From the NCBI RefSeq assembly GCF_009914755.1, contig NC_060936.1: 64,000 nucleotides of DNA, one strand, 5' to 3'. Made by a program: the position numbers and the translations under genes. Under the pieces are notes generated by a model. The model did no database searches, had not been told where the DNA came from, and worked only from the letters and a program-made list of their open reading frames with translations. This DNA comes from the human T2T-CHM13v2.0 reference genome, Homo sapiens. The first letter of the stretch is position 1, and every line of letters begins with the position of its first letter. This document shows positions 14,380 to 30,230 of this stretch, one piece after another.

Positions 14380-15775
14380 GTCTGAAATTTTTCTGCAAGC
14401 TCCTCTTTTCTTAGTCTACACCATCTCCCTCAGCAATGAAATCCATGGCCAAAACTTTAACTAGTATCCATAAAAGAATGATACTCAAACCTGTATCTTC
14501 TGCCCTTAGATATCTCTTAGACATCAGACCTGTATACCAAAATGATCAAAAACAGTCCAGCTGGATATTTCATTACTACCTGTACATGTTCATAACCAGA
14601 CTCATGAACTCCTTCTCCAATCCTCCACATCATCTTCAATTTCCTAACTTGGAAAACTACCTACTCATGGAATCAGAAACTTAGAAGGAATCACCTTCAA
14701 CTTCTCCCTCAACCTTACTCTTCACATTCAATTTGCTCCTAAATCTCATTGTTCCCACTTCCTAAATATTCCTTAAATCTGTGCTTTCTCTCCCGGTCCT
14801 TAGTTCCTTATCCTGCCTTTGTAATCTCTCATGTGGACCACTGCAACAGCCTCCTGGAGTCTCCTTGTCTTGGGCGTTAACCATCCCCAGTTCATAGTAG
14901 TATCCCAGAGTTATTGTGATGAACACAACTCTGATCATATCACTTTCCTGCTCAAAATTCTTCAGTGACTACCACACATTGAAAGGATCCAGTCTAAGTT
15001 ATTTAAAGATACTTATCAATGCCCTTTGTGTACTGGCCTCTACTATGGTTTCAAGCCTCATCGCCACAGACAGCTTCTCTGTACTTAATCTATGTTCCAA
15101 CAGTACTGGACTCTTTTGATTTACATATAAAATAGAAATCTTTATATTTTCACACATCTGTTATATCTTCTTTCAATATTCTATCTCCTGTATCTGCCAG
15201 GTCAATTATTCCTCATTCAAAGATTTGTTATTCAATAATTATCTCCCCATTCCTTCTAGACAGAGTGCTACCCTGCTCTCTGACACAGTTGTTTCTTGTG
15301 ATATTAGACTATGTATCATGCTGTGTTGCTATTTTTTTTCTTAAGCCCTCTCTCCTACTAGGCTGTGAGCTCCTTAACACAGCCCATGTTAGCTACTTAG
15401 TCAATATATATTTATTGAGCACTTACTTAGTCCCAGGCACTTTTCCCAGCTAATGATGCCACAACAACAACAAAAAAAAGAAAAAGTGGGGGATGAACTG
15501 ATAGGGCTTACATTCCAGTTGGAAAGGACAGATAACTTGTAAACAAATAAAAAAGATGATTTAAAATACTCAGATAAATATCACAAAGGAAATAAAAAGG
15601 ACAACATGGCAGGTGTATGTGGGGAGGATGTGGGGAGGGAGGGCAACAGTGCCACTTTTTGCTGGTTGGAAATGAAAGGCCGTGTCTTTTTAGTCTTTAT
15701 ATATCTACAGCAAGAATAGTACCTGGCATATGTTCGGTACTCAAATGTTTCTTAAATAAATTGAATTGAAAGGAC
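14380..15775. mobile_element. Cluster of old L2 fragments
   Basis: L2-like motifs (ccactgcaacagcctcct, ctgatcatatcactttcctgctcaaa, gtacctggcatatg...aaataaattgaattgaa). Confidence 0.5.
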
Positions 15776-16779
15776 TTATTTGGTGAAAAAAGTAATCTTT
15801 AATATGGTGTACATATTAATACCAGTGATCATTGGTGGTTGTTAGAATATAAATTTCATGTTAATATCTACATTCAATGCCAATAAATAATTTTGACATC
15901 TCCAATAAAAGGAATTGCACATTATGATGGAAAAACATACCAGTGCAGAAAGCATGAATGCTTCATGATGCCGCCTACATAGATTATGTAGACGTGCTGT
16001 GGAACATGATGTTGTGGATAGTTGTCTCTCTATATTCTACTCTGTGACCCAATTCTATATTTAAAAATAAATTTCGTAGGTTAGAAAAATCTCTGGTTAA
16101 AATCTATATATACTTGCGATTAGGATTTCAGAAAGTTATAACACTAAAATATCAATTTTCTAGATTAAATGAAATTTTCAGTAATATCATCTTCTTTGCT
16201 AATCTGACTTGAATAGGAAAATTGGGATAGGTAATTTTTTGAAAGTAAACACCCTTGATCAAAAGTTTAGGTTATTACTCTGTTTACAAACCTTGAAGAA
16301 AAAGGATTAAATTCTAAAACAACTTTGGTGTAATAATATTTCTTTTGTGAGAATTATTATTACTATTATTATTTATACATTTATTTTAACTTGTTTATTG
16401 GATGCTTCTTCAATAGTCAGTGTGGTTAATACTTCGCAGGGATAATATTAACTAGTCCAATGACCCTAAGAAGCAAAATTGATTTCTCCATTTAATAGAT
16501 GAGGAAACCAAGGTTAGAGAATTCAGATGCCTTATCCTAGTCACACAGCTAGTATTTTTCCTATCTGTTGCTTCATCCTTTATTATAGTTAGCATTTTGG
16601 ATGAGTAAACTCTAACTCTGATCATTTACACCAAATTTTTCTTATTCTTGGTTTAGTACACCATCAGGCACACAATGGGGAGATCAAACAAAATGAAAGC
16701 AATGATCAGTTATTTGTAGAAAAATATTTGTTGATGATGTTATTGCCTAGTCAGCTAATATAAAAATGTGTTTACTCAC

Positions 16780-16872
16780 CTAAAGGCCCGAATGGTGGTG
16801 AGTCCTTCTGCTGTTTCTGAGAAGTGACAGAGCAGAGGGAGCTGGGTACTATCGTCAAGTTCCTGGAGGTCC
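16780..16872 (-). CDS. ABCC9: ABCC9 exon 28, 93 nt, (K)[30 protein letters not shown](R)
   Basis: ctactag|GGAC ... TTTAG|gtgagt. ABCC HFSETxxGxxTIRAF motif. Confidence 0.97.
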
Positions 16873-17453
16873 CTAGTAGAGAGAGGGGCAAAAATAAACT
16901 TCATGTGCATCCAGACTCAAAGACTACCATGTTTATTCTTTAAGAGAAAGTTATTTTGTCACTGTATTTGTTTTCCTCATTGAAATTTTTTCCCCTAGCA
17001 CTCAATTAACAAAAACTTCAACAGCTTACAATCTAAAGAGGAAGAGAAAGATGGGTATATAATGAATACAGGTAGAGGCTGAACATAATGTGTTGTACAA
17101 AACTATCATCTCTGTGTAACAGCCAAAGTAAACTGCTACAGGATTCAGTGGAATGAGCACTTAATTCATACCTAGGACATTGGTGGGATTTTCCTTAAGC
17201 GGGTAGAATTTAGGCGAGACCTTAAGCTTGATGAGGGCTTCTACAAAATAGACAAGAAGAAAAATAACAAGAACAAGCACCGGTGTCTGAAGAATCTTGC
17301 AAGTTCAATCTGTCTGGTGCCCAGAGTCCTTTAGGGCTGTTGTAGTAGGAAGAGGCTATGTAAAGGATATGGCCTTGTAAGGGTGACGGTGGATTGTAGA
17401 AACATCCTTAATGGGCTGAAAAAAATCGCTGAAGACTAGAAATAAGGTAATCT

Positions 17454-17735
17454 GGCCAGGTGCGGTGGCTCATACCTGTAATCCCAGCACTTTGAGAGGC
17501 TGAGGCAGGTGGACACTTGAAGCCAGGAGTTTGAGACCAGCCTGGCCAACATGGCATAACCCTGTCTCTACCAAAAAATTAGCCAGCCGTGGTGGTGCAC
17601 ACCAGTAATCCCAGCTACTCAGGAGGCTGAGGCAGGAGAATCACCTGAACCCAGGAGGCAGAGGTTGAAGTGAGCTAAGATCACTCCACCGCACTCCAGC
17701 CTGGGTGACAAAGCCTGACGCTGTCTCAAAAATAA
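17454..17735 (+). mobile_element. AluS
   Basis: Dimeric Alu. TSD agaaa(t/g)aaggtaatc. Confidence 0.94.
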
Positions 17736-20014
17736 AACAGAAAGAAGGTAATCAGAGCTGTCGTTTAATCCTTTAATCAACATAACTTGGGAGACAATGT
17801 ACAGGATGAAAGAGAATGGGTGAGTGAGGAAGATCAGTTAATATAGTCCATATAAGAGGTTTTTAAAAAAATGTTCAGAATTAATGTGATGGTGGTCAAG
17901 TTTAAAATAGGAAGTAGGGGAATGTGGGACAGTCAGAAGAAGCCCTATTTGCTGTGATGATCAATTAGTTTTCACAGGGTAAACAAGAGTCACATATAGC
18001 TTGGCTATTTCTAGTTTAACAGACTTGAAAAGTGACAGTGCTGTTTACCAGAGTGGTGGTCAGGGGCACAGAAAGAAGACATTTGGAGGGAAAGGATAAT
18101 GAGTTTAGTTTTGGACACAGTGAGTTTGAATCCTTGCCTTCATGGAACTTCCATTCACAGTTTCTCTAAGGAACCACATGTACATAAAACACAGACATAT
18201 ACTGAATGAATGGAAATGCTGAATCTGACCATTTTGATAAAGATATATTCATGACAACTTTTCTTTAAACCACATGAGCTAGAATTTATAGAAGATAGGC
18301 TAACAGTTATATCACATGTTTCAATGCATTCCATTTTTTACTTTTCAGACCTTTTTTCCTGCCCTTCTCTAGGTTTTTGGGGTTGAGAAGATTAGAGAAG
18401 TAGTGTTGGCATTCACCTGTGAGGGTCAACTGAACGGATGAACATGGTTCCATAATCTTCAACAATTAACTTATGCCATTCCTGGCTGCCAGTGTAGTCT
18501 AGTTCCCAAAACAAATGCAAGTCTTTTCAAAATGGAGTTTCTAAAATGGATTCCCTCATTCAGAATTTTCACATGGGGATTCGGGGAGAGAAAGATAGAA
18601 GGAAGTGGGAGAAGGAATATGAAGGAATGTGAATAGTCTGTTATTTTTAAACATAAAACCAAATGGCTATTTGTAAATCTGACACAAGCAACAGGTGGTC
18701 ACTACATTGAGGTTTGGAGTGAAGGAAAAATACTGTGGAAGGAGGAAGCTTTGTTTATAAAACTGTGTTTGATAAAACCAAAGAGGTGAGGGCACAGCTT
18801 GATCTTGTATTCTTGCAAGAAGGAAACAGTTACTTACAAAGCTAAGCAAGCATTTGATCCATGATTTTAAATATTCATTTTTTCAGAGCATTTCCTGTAG
18901 CTAGTTTCCCACTTAAGTTCTCTTTAGTGTATACAAAAATGGCATGTTAAGCTGCCTGAGCTTTTCAACATGGATGAGTTCTAAAGAACCTCAACATCTA
19001 GAAGGATCCTTGTTTGTGAGGTTTAATATCATATGGTTAAATTTGCTAACTTTCAGATAATTTCAAATAAGAATAGCGTACAATCCATTGTCAATATTAA
19101 TTCTTTAAAATAACCATCCTCTCCATACTTTAGTCTCTAATAGATTATTCTGATGATGAACAGAATTCACAATTCAAATTTGTGATGGACTAGGAATATT
19201 TTCCCAAACTTTGCACTCCATTTGTATTGATAAAGGGCAATAATACGACCAAATGAGTATGTGATTAAAGTAAGACATGACTGATATCAGTGTTGAGAAG
19301 GCAAGGACAGATTTGGAAACCATCAGCAGTGATGAAATAACTCTGAACATCTTTGCCCCACCAGCAAGTAGACCAGCAATAGTATCAAAAGAAAAGAAAT
19401 GTGAAGTTGATTACTAGCTTCTCCATTTTGATCAGAATTTGCTGCAAGCAAAGACGATGAGTCTAGGGATGAAAAACAGACTAAATGTGGATCCCTGACA
19501 TTTAAAGGATCCTAATTCATAGCTAAGAGGGAGAAACAACTATTTCTTCAAATTATGAAATGTTATATGATACATTCAGAGGTTCCCATCTACAATTCTT
19601 TTCTTCTTATCTCCTCCTACTTTCTTTCACCTTCCTTGCACTCAAGTCATATTAACATTTTCAATTTTCTGAATAAACTCAATACCTACCTTCTTATTCT
19701 AGCACTTATCCATGTATTAGGATTACTTTGTATATGTTTTATCTTCCTTAGAGACTATACATTTCTTGAGAACAGGCCCCTGACATATCAATCTCTTCAC
19801 CTGTCATGTGGCTTAACACAGCTATTTGTGACACAATGAGTGCTTAGTATTTGTTGAAATAACAAACTTTACTATACTGTATATAGCGGGGTTTCAAAGT
19901 TAAACTGGAAATTTTAAAACAGCTGGTATTATATTTCATTTATTCAACATCTCAGTAAATGACAAATCCTAAACGAATATTTTTTTTCCCATTTGTAGAG
20001 TATAATAATATTAA

Positions 20015-20458
<444 letters not shown>

Positions 20459-20644
20459 TAATATATGTCCAGGACTAGGTAAGGCCCAGACAACCAATTA
20501 TAGGTATAATTATAATATTAATTGATACCTAAATGAATCATAATGTCAGGATAGATTTCATTATGTTTCATATAGGTTGCATTTCTAAATTCCACATCTT
20601 ATCTTGAAAAACACTACAGCAAATGTAGATCACAGTAAATCAAA

Positions 20645-20968
20645 TACAATTGTCCCCATGGGGAAGTGATTCCAGGACCTCCCATGGATACCAAAATCTG
20701 CAGATGCTCAAGTCCCTTATATAAAATGGGTGGCATTTGCATATAACCTACATACATCATCCCATATACTTTAAATCATCTGTATGTTACTTATTCTACC
20801 TAATTCAATGGCAACACATCACACATCGCTTCATCAGTGTGTATTCAATGTAGTACTCGGCACATGACAAATTCAAGTTTTGTGTTTTGGAACTTCGTGG
20901 AATGTTTTCTTTCCAAATATTTTTGATCTGTTGTTGGCAGAACCCATGAATAGAGAGGGCTGACTGTA
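20645..20968. mobile_element. MER2 (Tigger-family MITE), ending about 40 nt from the exon 27 donor
   Basis: ttccaggacctccc...ataccaaaatctgcagatgctcaagtcccttatataaaatgg. Terminus gagggctgactg-TA. Confidence 0.8.
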
Positions 20969-21007
20969 GATAAGCTTTTGAAAATGAGTGGGATGCTGTT
21001 TTACTTA

Positions 21008-21166
<159 letters not shown>

Positions 21167-21359
21167 CTATTAGGGTAGTTTAAAAGGAAAATATGATTAG
21201 CCCAGTGAAATATTGGCTGCAATGTAACAAAAATACCTATTTTTATGTTGATAGTTACACAGTTAACTACCAAAGTAGTGTATAAGCATGTTCATCCTAA
21301 GCAATTCTTCACTCAATTCCCATAGTTTATTATGTCTGTCTATTTATCTATCAACATGT

Positions 21360-22430
21360 CGTTGATTAGTTGTCTATCTACCTATTTACCTTGGGTGTTT
21401 TATGTAAATGACACTGTACTATAAATATTATTCATTCATGTGTTTGTTTACTGAGCAAGACAGACTGTAAATCTTCCCATGGCAGTGCATACAAATCTAT
21501 TTCTTTTTAATGGTTGCATAGTATTAGCTTATTTAGCTATTCCTCTACTGTAATACATTTAAATTAATTTTCTGTAATTGCTTCCTCGTATCCTTTGGGC
21601 TTTTTTGAGTGAATTAATTTTTCCTTATTGATTTTTAGATGCTCTGTATATATTATGTTTATTTAAAAAATATTTGCAAATTTTTGTTCCCAGTTATCTA
21701 TTGTATTTAAATTTACCTTTGGTGCTTTTAGCTCAATCACAATTTAAAGTTTTTTATAGTCATTTCTGTTGACTTGTGGGCTCAAAAGTAACCTATTTTC
21801 CTTATTGTTTCTGAGTTCTTTGTCTTACTGAGAAAGACCTTTCCCACCCCAAGATTCTAAAACTATTTTCCTACATTACTTTATAGCTTTATGTTTTAAT
21901 ATGACCACCTCTATGCTATATGCATTTGCTTTGTATTTTTTGGGTAGCTAATTATCCCAATATCCTTTATTGAAAAATTAATCCTTTCCTTATTAAGATG
22001 CCACATTTATACGTTAAATTTCTACATAAGATGGAGTTTTTGAATTCTCCATGCTGCTCTTTTGACCTACTTGTCTTTTGCAATTAACAGAGTGCTTGAA
22101 TTTTGTAGTATTTAAAAAATATCTAATAGGGAAATTCTTTCTCTGTACAGGATTGTTATGACTTCTGGGATTGTTGAACATATTTTCTTCACATTAAGTT
22201 TATTTCTGTTTTTATAGGTTTTATTGTTATGAATGGAGTTTGTTTTTCACTATTTTCTTAAATTGGTATAGAGGAAGTTGCTGCTTTTCATATGATATAT
22301 CTTATGTAGATACTCTGCTGACTTTTCTAATTGGTTATTTTACTAATTATTTTGAATTCTCTAAGTGACAATCATGTCATCTTCTAAATAATGAGTGATT
22401 CATTTCTTCTTTTCTAATGTGTATTCCTTA
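21360..22430 (-). mobile_element. Old L1M fragments
   Basis: T-rich degraded antisense L1 (caatcatgtcatcttctaaataatgag...tcttcttttctaat). Confidence 0.55.
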
Positions 22431-23144
22431 GAAAGGTTTTAGGTGCAGTCTGACCTAACACCAATGCCATGAAAACATCAAAACTTCTCATCATACTCTG
22501 CAGTCAGCTGCATGCATCAACCCTCTTTCTAATTGAGGGCCATTTCGGTATTCCGAATGCTACTCTGGAAAGTCAGAAAAGACAAGGGCTGGATATGATG
22601 AATTCCTTTCTCAGTCATCCAGAGGGTTCCACTTATAGAGTGATATAATTTCAGAGTTTGATGTCTTTTATTTCAAACAAACTTTTAGATTCCTAAGGAT
22701 CTTAGGCTAAACTTGGCATTCCTGGAATTTTTCCTAAAGTATCACACCATCTGAAGCTTCAAGAACCAATCTAATAAAAGTAAAGGACTTTAAGACAGCT
22801 TGGCATCCCATCCTTCACTTCTGAGAGAAATTCTGCATGAATACTAAACTTTTAAGAACTTTATACTGTGAATGCTGATATGACTTTAATCAAAACAATT
22901 TTTTTATAATCAAAAATTTTAAATGTTCAATCATTCTTTACTTCATGATGGTTCTCCAAGTATCTTCTTCTACATGTACAAATTAGTCTGAGTTAAGATT
23001 TTCCTTTAAGATTTCATTCTAGATATCATTTGCATGTATTGATACAAATACAAATGGGCCTTTATTTAAATTTCAGAAATCCTCTATTGTTAATAGGAAT
23101 TATACTTTATCTTAAAATGCTATTTAGCTTACATTGTGAAACTA

Positions 23145-23345
<201 letters not shown>

Positions 23346-23460
23346 CTATTCATTTGCTCAAGGACTAAAGAAATTCTTCTAACTTTCACATTCCACTTAA
23401 ATTGAAAAATGCATATTTTTATTATTTTATGTGTGGGAGTGAGAAATAACCACTGTTTTA

Positions 23461-23610
<150 letters not shown>

Positions 23611-24272
23611 CTAAAAAGCAACCAACACAAAAAGCACATAGGAAATTATCAATGGAGTTCTTTCTTACTAGAAAACCAAATGTCAATGTCAGACAAGATT
23701 GTTTTCTTCATTATTTTGCATGCATTTAGACGGTTGAAGGAATGCAATTTTTTGAGGCCCAGGGTAGTATCCCCACCATAATTCCACAGGCCAAGCCTCC
23801 ACCTGCTCCCTTCACTCTCCTTCAAGGCTTGCTTTTAAAGCAGATGAAGAGAAAGAGTTTGTTTTCAGGTTTGGGGCATATTCTTGGCTTTCTATGTTGT
23901 AGAGCTCACTTTTCTCATTCCTAGTCTCAAAATGACCAGCTAATATACTGATGTAGGTAGTTAACATCAAATACCATAAGAACAAATACAAAAAGGTCCT
24001 CTGTGTGTATATATGTATAACATATATAAAAATATATGTATAAACTCTTGAATACAAGTCTAAACATTATATTTAAATATTTCTTATGATAAACTTTAAA
24101 AGTATTAATAATAGCTTCTATTTTAACATTTTTGATAGTTTATTCTATTTCAGGTCCTGTTGTAATTATTAACTTATTAAATTATCACAGAAGTCCTATG
24201 GCATTTGGGATATAAGCATCTAACTAGATAAGAAGGTATCACTGTTAATCTCAATATTTCCTTGATGATTTA

Positions 24273-24554
<282 letters not shown>

Positions 24555-24819
24555 TCAGATGGGCACCGGCTAGATATAATTTTTATTGCTCCACAAATAG
24601 TATATAAACATTCATACATTTATAAAAATGTAAGCATTAGTATTGAAGTTTTAAATGCTTTTAGTAGGGCAAACCTTATTTCTTTCTGAAAATAGGTGAA
24701 AAATGAATGAATGAATGAGTGATAAAACAAATGTAAAATCTACATCTGGATGAGACTATTTGCTGATTTACTGCACATCAAATTGACTGGAAGAAACTTA
24801 CAAAGTTATTGAAGGAATT

Positions 24820-25750
24820 GTGTTGCCAACAAAAACCACATACCTGGCTTACAAACATCTACAATATGGTGACCTGCAAATTTCTGAATTTATAAAGCTG
24901 CACCAGGAGGGAGTAAGCTCTGAAATCTGTGCATAGCACAAGAGGGCATACTCCATGCTGTCTATGGCCCCAAGGAGGAAACTTCCAGTGGGCAAAGCCA
25001 GGGGACACAAAGGATAATGGGCTAGGAATTCCTCTCAGATGTTTAAACCATCTAGAAACTCCAAGATGGGCTTCCTTAAGAAGGACTCCACTGCTAAAGC
25101 AGGCTTTGCATTTCCTGACAATCAAAATTTGATCATTTCTATGGTCCAGTGACTGTGTTCCCATCTTTTGCTTTTCCAAAGGAACTTTATTCATTAAAGT
25201 TACCCTGTATGTACTTCATACTATACTATATACATATCAGGTTGTGGGGAGGAAGGACTTGTCTTTACTTTTTAGGTTATTAGACCACAGGGATCCAAAT
25301 ATGTTTATGATGAGAAGACTGAGCATCACCAAAGATCCTGATATTTGAGCTGGATGCAGTAAATGACTACGTCTCAGAGGTTCTCCCCTTTGGCAGGGGT
25401 ATGTCCTTTGTGTGAGAAGAACAGACTAGAAATTCGCATGATCAAAGAGGTGGACACTTGCACTTTGCTAGCTGTCTCCCCAATACCCATTCTTTGCTTC
25501 TATATTAATTGAAATTTAAAGTTGTCCATGGCTGCCCAGCTAAAGACAGCATTTCCTCACATTCCTAGTACTTAATCTTTCCAAGCAATGAAAGAGCCAA
25601 TAATAAGTAAACAGAAACAATATGTGCAACTCCAAGTCTCTTAAGACTTGAGTTGAGTCTCTTAAGACTCAACTCCTTTCTCTTAAGAGAAAGGAAGTAC
25701 CCTCTACTTCTTTTCTTCCCCTACTGTTGGCTTGAGCATTCTGATAGGAC
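24820..25750. mobile_element. Old LTR fragments (ERVL/MaLR-like), subfamily not resolved
   Basis: MLT1-like segment gctgcccagctaaagacagcatttcc and LTR-like composition. Confidence 0.35.
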
Positions 25751-26668
25751 CTGCAGCAACAAACTAATAAGTAATATGTACTGTAATTGGCTCTTCAACA
25801 TACATTACTTCATTTACCCTGTAAGCAAAGTGCTATTACCTTATTTTATACCTGAGAATATGGATTAACACAGCAAGCCAAGGGCACAGTCAGCATCCCC
25901 ACTGAAACACTGAACAGAATAATTGGGTACAACTCCACTCTTATAGCCCATTAGAAATAATTTATATAGAGTTCTAGAAGCTGATGTCTGTTTACAGCAC
26001 CAAAAATTCTTTAAGAACATTTTTAATCATAGAAATTGAAAGTAAAATGTAGCCTTCATTCATTAATTCATTCGCTCAATGAATATTTGTTGAAATACAG
26101 AAATATAAAAGCACATTTTGGTGCTATTTGACTTGAAATGAACATTTTCTCTGTTTTTTTTAATTGGTTGGTAGAAATGCAGGCATAAGCAAAAATTACA
26201 ATGGGAAATGAGGCATAAAGCATTTACTCTATTGACTTAAAAGGTGGTTTATCTCACAACATTCTTGGCAATGAATGTCAAAGCAGTGTAATTATTTCAT
26301 CTCATTCCTCACATTTCCAGTCAATCTTTTTTTCCCAGTATACTTTATCAGATCTGGAAAACTGAAACATAACAAATGGCATTCTTATCCTTCATGGCTA
26401 TATTGTCATGAAAACCTCATGAAGATGAACTGAATGAATCAAATACAGCTACTTCAAAATGCCATATTTCCCCTTTATTACTTATTTCTGAAGGATTGAA
26501 ATTTTCTTAAGCAGATTTGGTCATTATACTAGACAATTTCAATTTTTCTGAACACAACTCTAGATCTATTTAGAATCCACTGCCATTTCCTTTCAAGTCT
26601 TTCTCACACATAACAACTGTAGTAAGACATATTCTGTGGAGGCCCTCAAGATGACTGTTGATGGATTA

Positions 26669-27016
<348 letters not shown>

Positions 27017-28744
27017 TTAGTTACCTTTACCAATCTCAAGCGCTCTGTGCTCACTCTGGAGATCCACAACTCCTGTCACAGAAACAGCTGTGGGGGCAGA
27101 ACCTTAGACTTGTAGTAAGTGCTGCAGTGCTCAAAGGTGTGGAGCAGCACACGAGACCAGGAAAAGCAAGAATGAGATGCAACTGACTCCAGAAGCAGGG
27201 TGATATCTCCCTGAGCCCTAAAGCATATTTCTACCATTGCTACTTATTTTTACATCACCTTCAGACTATCCTTGTAATTTTTCTAATTAAGGATTCATTC
27301 ATGTTAATACATATCTTCCTTCAAAAGAGCACATGGTTCCAAGTTGGTTAAACTGATGTCAGTCATCCACTATTATGAATTATTAAATCAGAACGAGTTT
27401 CTTTAGCATCTCACTAAGGGAGCTGCACAAAAGAAAGGGAATTCAATAGGATCTGAAAGAAGGTAGAGAACGTTGAAGAAAATAGGCAATGAGGATTCTA
27501 GGTGCCTAGCAGTGTAAGAGAAAGCCCTAGGAGGAGAAAATATGCAGAAAGAGAAGGGAAACGTGCCAAAAACAAACTTTGCAGATTTTTAAGAATTGCT
27601 GTGAACTTTATCCTGTAGTTAAGAAGGGTAGAATAATTTCATTTTCTCCATGCCCTGCTTCCAACACACCAGCTCCCCTGACCTCAGGACTGCAGTAGTA
27701 GTATCAGTTCAGTTACATTGTGGGTTAAATCAGGTTCTACCGGCTATTCTGGAAAACCAACCATTTCCCCTTTTCTGTGGGGAAATGTATTCTGAATTCT
27801 AAACAACTAACCCACACATTTTGGAATCTATGGTAAATTGGGAGCTTCCTGTATATGCCAATACAAAGAAAAAAAAACCTACACAGTTTTTCTGTTACAT
27901 CAATAAACCAATAAACCTTTTGTGATTAGTCGCTAGGTAGTGACCTTGGTTGATTTTTTTTGGCCTCATACAACATGTCTGATTTAGGAAACTTTCTATT
28001 CTAGAGGGTTGTACTACTTCAGATTCTTGGTTAAAAGAGTGAAAACAAAAATGTCTCCTGAATCCCATTTTTACAGAGAGTTTGACCCCAGTTTTAAATT
28101 TTGCATAACGATATGAAGACCAACATTTATAAATGAAGCTAAATTAAACTCAAAATTAAAGAGGATCCCTGTCTTGTGCATATCATATAATGAAATAAAA
28201 TAAACCTTCATAATGAAAAGTAGATTTGATTCCAGTTCGATTCCCCATGCTGTGACCAAAAGGTTTAAGACCTTGGAGACTTAAAAAAACAAATAAACAA
28301 ACAAAAAAACCCAAACAAATTTTAAAGCAATTTTTCCTAAGAGTAAATGCTCATATTAAGCTCATTATAGGTTAAATGTTTTAAATAGTGATGATGCTTG
28401 GACTAAGTAAATAAAAATTTAGTTTCATTTATCCAATAAATATTCACTGGGCCAGGCCAGGTGAGGACAGTAGAGAGGGAAGTGAGGAGTGTTAAATAAT
28501 ACCAGTTTATTCTGCTTAACAGCATTAAGAAGATAATGGTTCATGTCATTTAAGCTAATATTTAAATCAGCTAAAAGTGTTAACTCCCTCTCCTTTGTAG
28601 TTTTCATTACTATCTATCATATTCTTTCCTGTTTACCCCTTGATCCTTAAACTGACAGCTCTTTTTCAAGCACTGCATTAGGAAATTTTGTGCATCCTTC
28701 GGTTTCACCTTCCTTCTCCACTTGCTTGATCTGTTCTGGCTCTA

Positions 28745-28950
28745 GGCCAGACTTTCTCAGCCTTGACACAGTTGACATTTGAGCTGGACAACGCACTGTT
28801 GCAGGGTCTGCCCTGAGCATTGCAGAATGTTGAGCACACTAGATGCTAATAGCATCCCCCTGCCCCAGTTTGTGACAACAAAAATGTCTCCAAATGTTGC
28901 CAAATGTCCTCTAGGAGGGAAAATTGGCCCAGGTTGATAGGAAACACCCT
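28745..28950. mobile_element. MER20 (hAT-Charlie MITE)
   Basis: ttctcagccttgacac...gtgacaacaaaaatgtctccaaatgttgccaaatgtcc. Confidence 0.85.
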
Positions 28951-30094
28951 GTCCTGTCCCATAACAAAGTAAACCGAAATCTGTTTGTACAAAAACTTCC
29001 CCAAGGTATCGTAGTGGTCTTGTTCACAGTGTGATTCTGGCTGCAGATGAATTCAGGTGCCTGCCTTTTGTTACATGGCAGTAATCTCCCTCCATCCTGA
29101 GATAAGGATTCTGGGCAGGTGCGTGATTCATTCTGGCTTCTACTGGCTGCCATTCTACCTTGTAACTGGATTTACCCTGTCCATACCCTAACTTGCTCCA
29201 CACCTCCTTCAGTTCATACATAACCCTGTAATGTGTCTTTAATTATACAGCTATGCTATCTCAAGTGATCACTTCATTTCTAAATACAACTTAATGGACT
29301 TTCTTCCTGGCTTGCTTAACAGTGTTACTATAATATTGAGCCAACAGCTCTCTTTATTTTCTAGTTCTTCTTTCCAAAGTAAACCATAAATTGTCCCAAT
29401 CCTTAAGTTTACGTCATCTTCTTTTGTCCCTGGCATTTAGATCACTGAAAAAAATGTCATTTGGAGTTATCCCCGGTACGTTTAGAATCAAGCTTCCCAC
29501 AGCACAATTCCTAAGCAGGCACTTGTCAACTGTACCTGATACTGTTTTGGGGTTTGTTGTTTGTTTATTGCTTTTTTTGCCAAATATCCTCATTTCAATG
29601 GTTCTGTGATTTGTCCTATTCTGCTTGTATATTTTTGCATATATCTTTTCTTCTTTGTGTGGTTTGCTTTTGAGATCTTTAGCAAATCCAAAGAAGGTAG
29701 AGAAATCCTAGGGTTTATCTGACTTTGTATCTTCCTCTCTCTATGGAGACAGATCCTTTATTTTCTTTTCTAAAATAATATATTTAAATTTCCTAATATT
29801 TTAAAGAAATTCACTGGTACAAATATTTCATTTTGTAAATGCTCATTCCTGGATAAGAATACCAAGTGCTGGACACTTTGTACTCCCAACTCAAGAACAA
29901 AACATTTCAAAAATTTGCAAATTTAATTTACAATTTCACTTGTCTATCAGAGTTTTTCCTCTTTTGTTGTACTCAATCTGGTATCCAACTCTGTGATGAC
30001 CTCATTCAATGTTATACTTACATCACCCATAACATTATAGTGTAATTACACCGGATATGCACTTGTGTTTAAATCCCATTGGTACCACTTATTA

Positions 30095-30230
30095 TATATG
30101 CTGTACAACTTTAGGTAAGTTACTTAACTTCTCTGAGCCTCAGCTTTCTCATCTGTCTAAGTAAGATAATATTTCTTTGCTTATTTGTCAGGAGTTTGTG
30201 AGAATTAAAACACATCATGTAAAAAGGGCT
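30095..30230 (+). mobile_element. MIR fragment
   Basis: Core aagttacttaacttctctgagcctcag. Confidence 0.75.
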
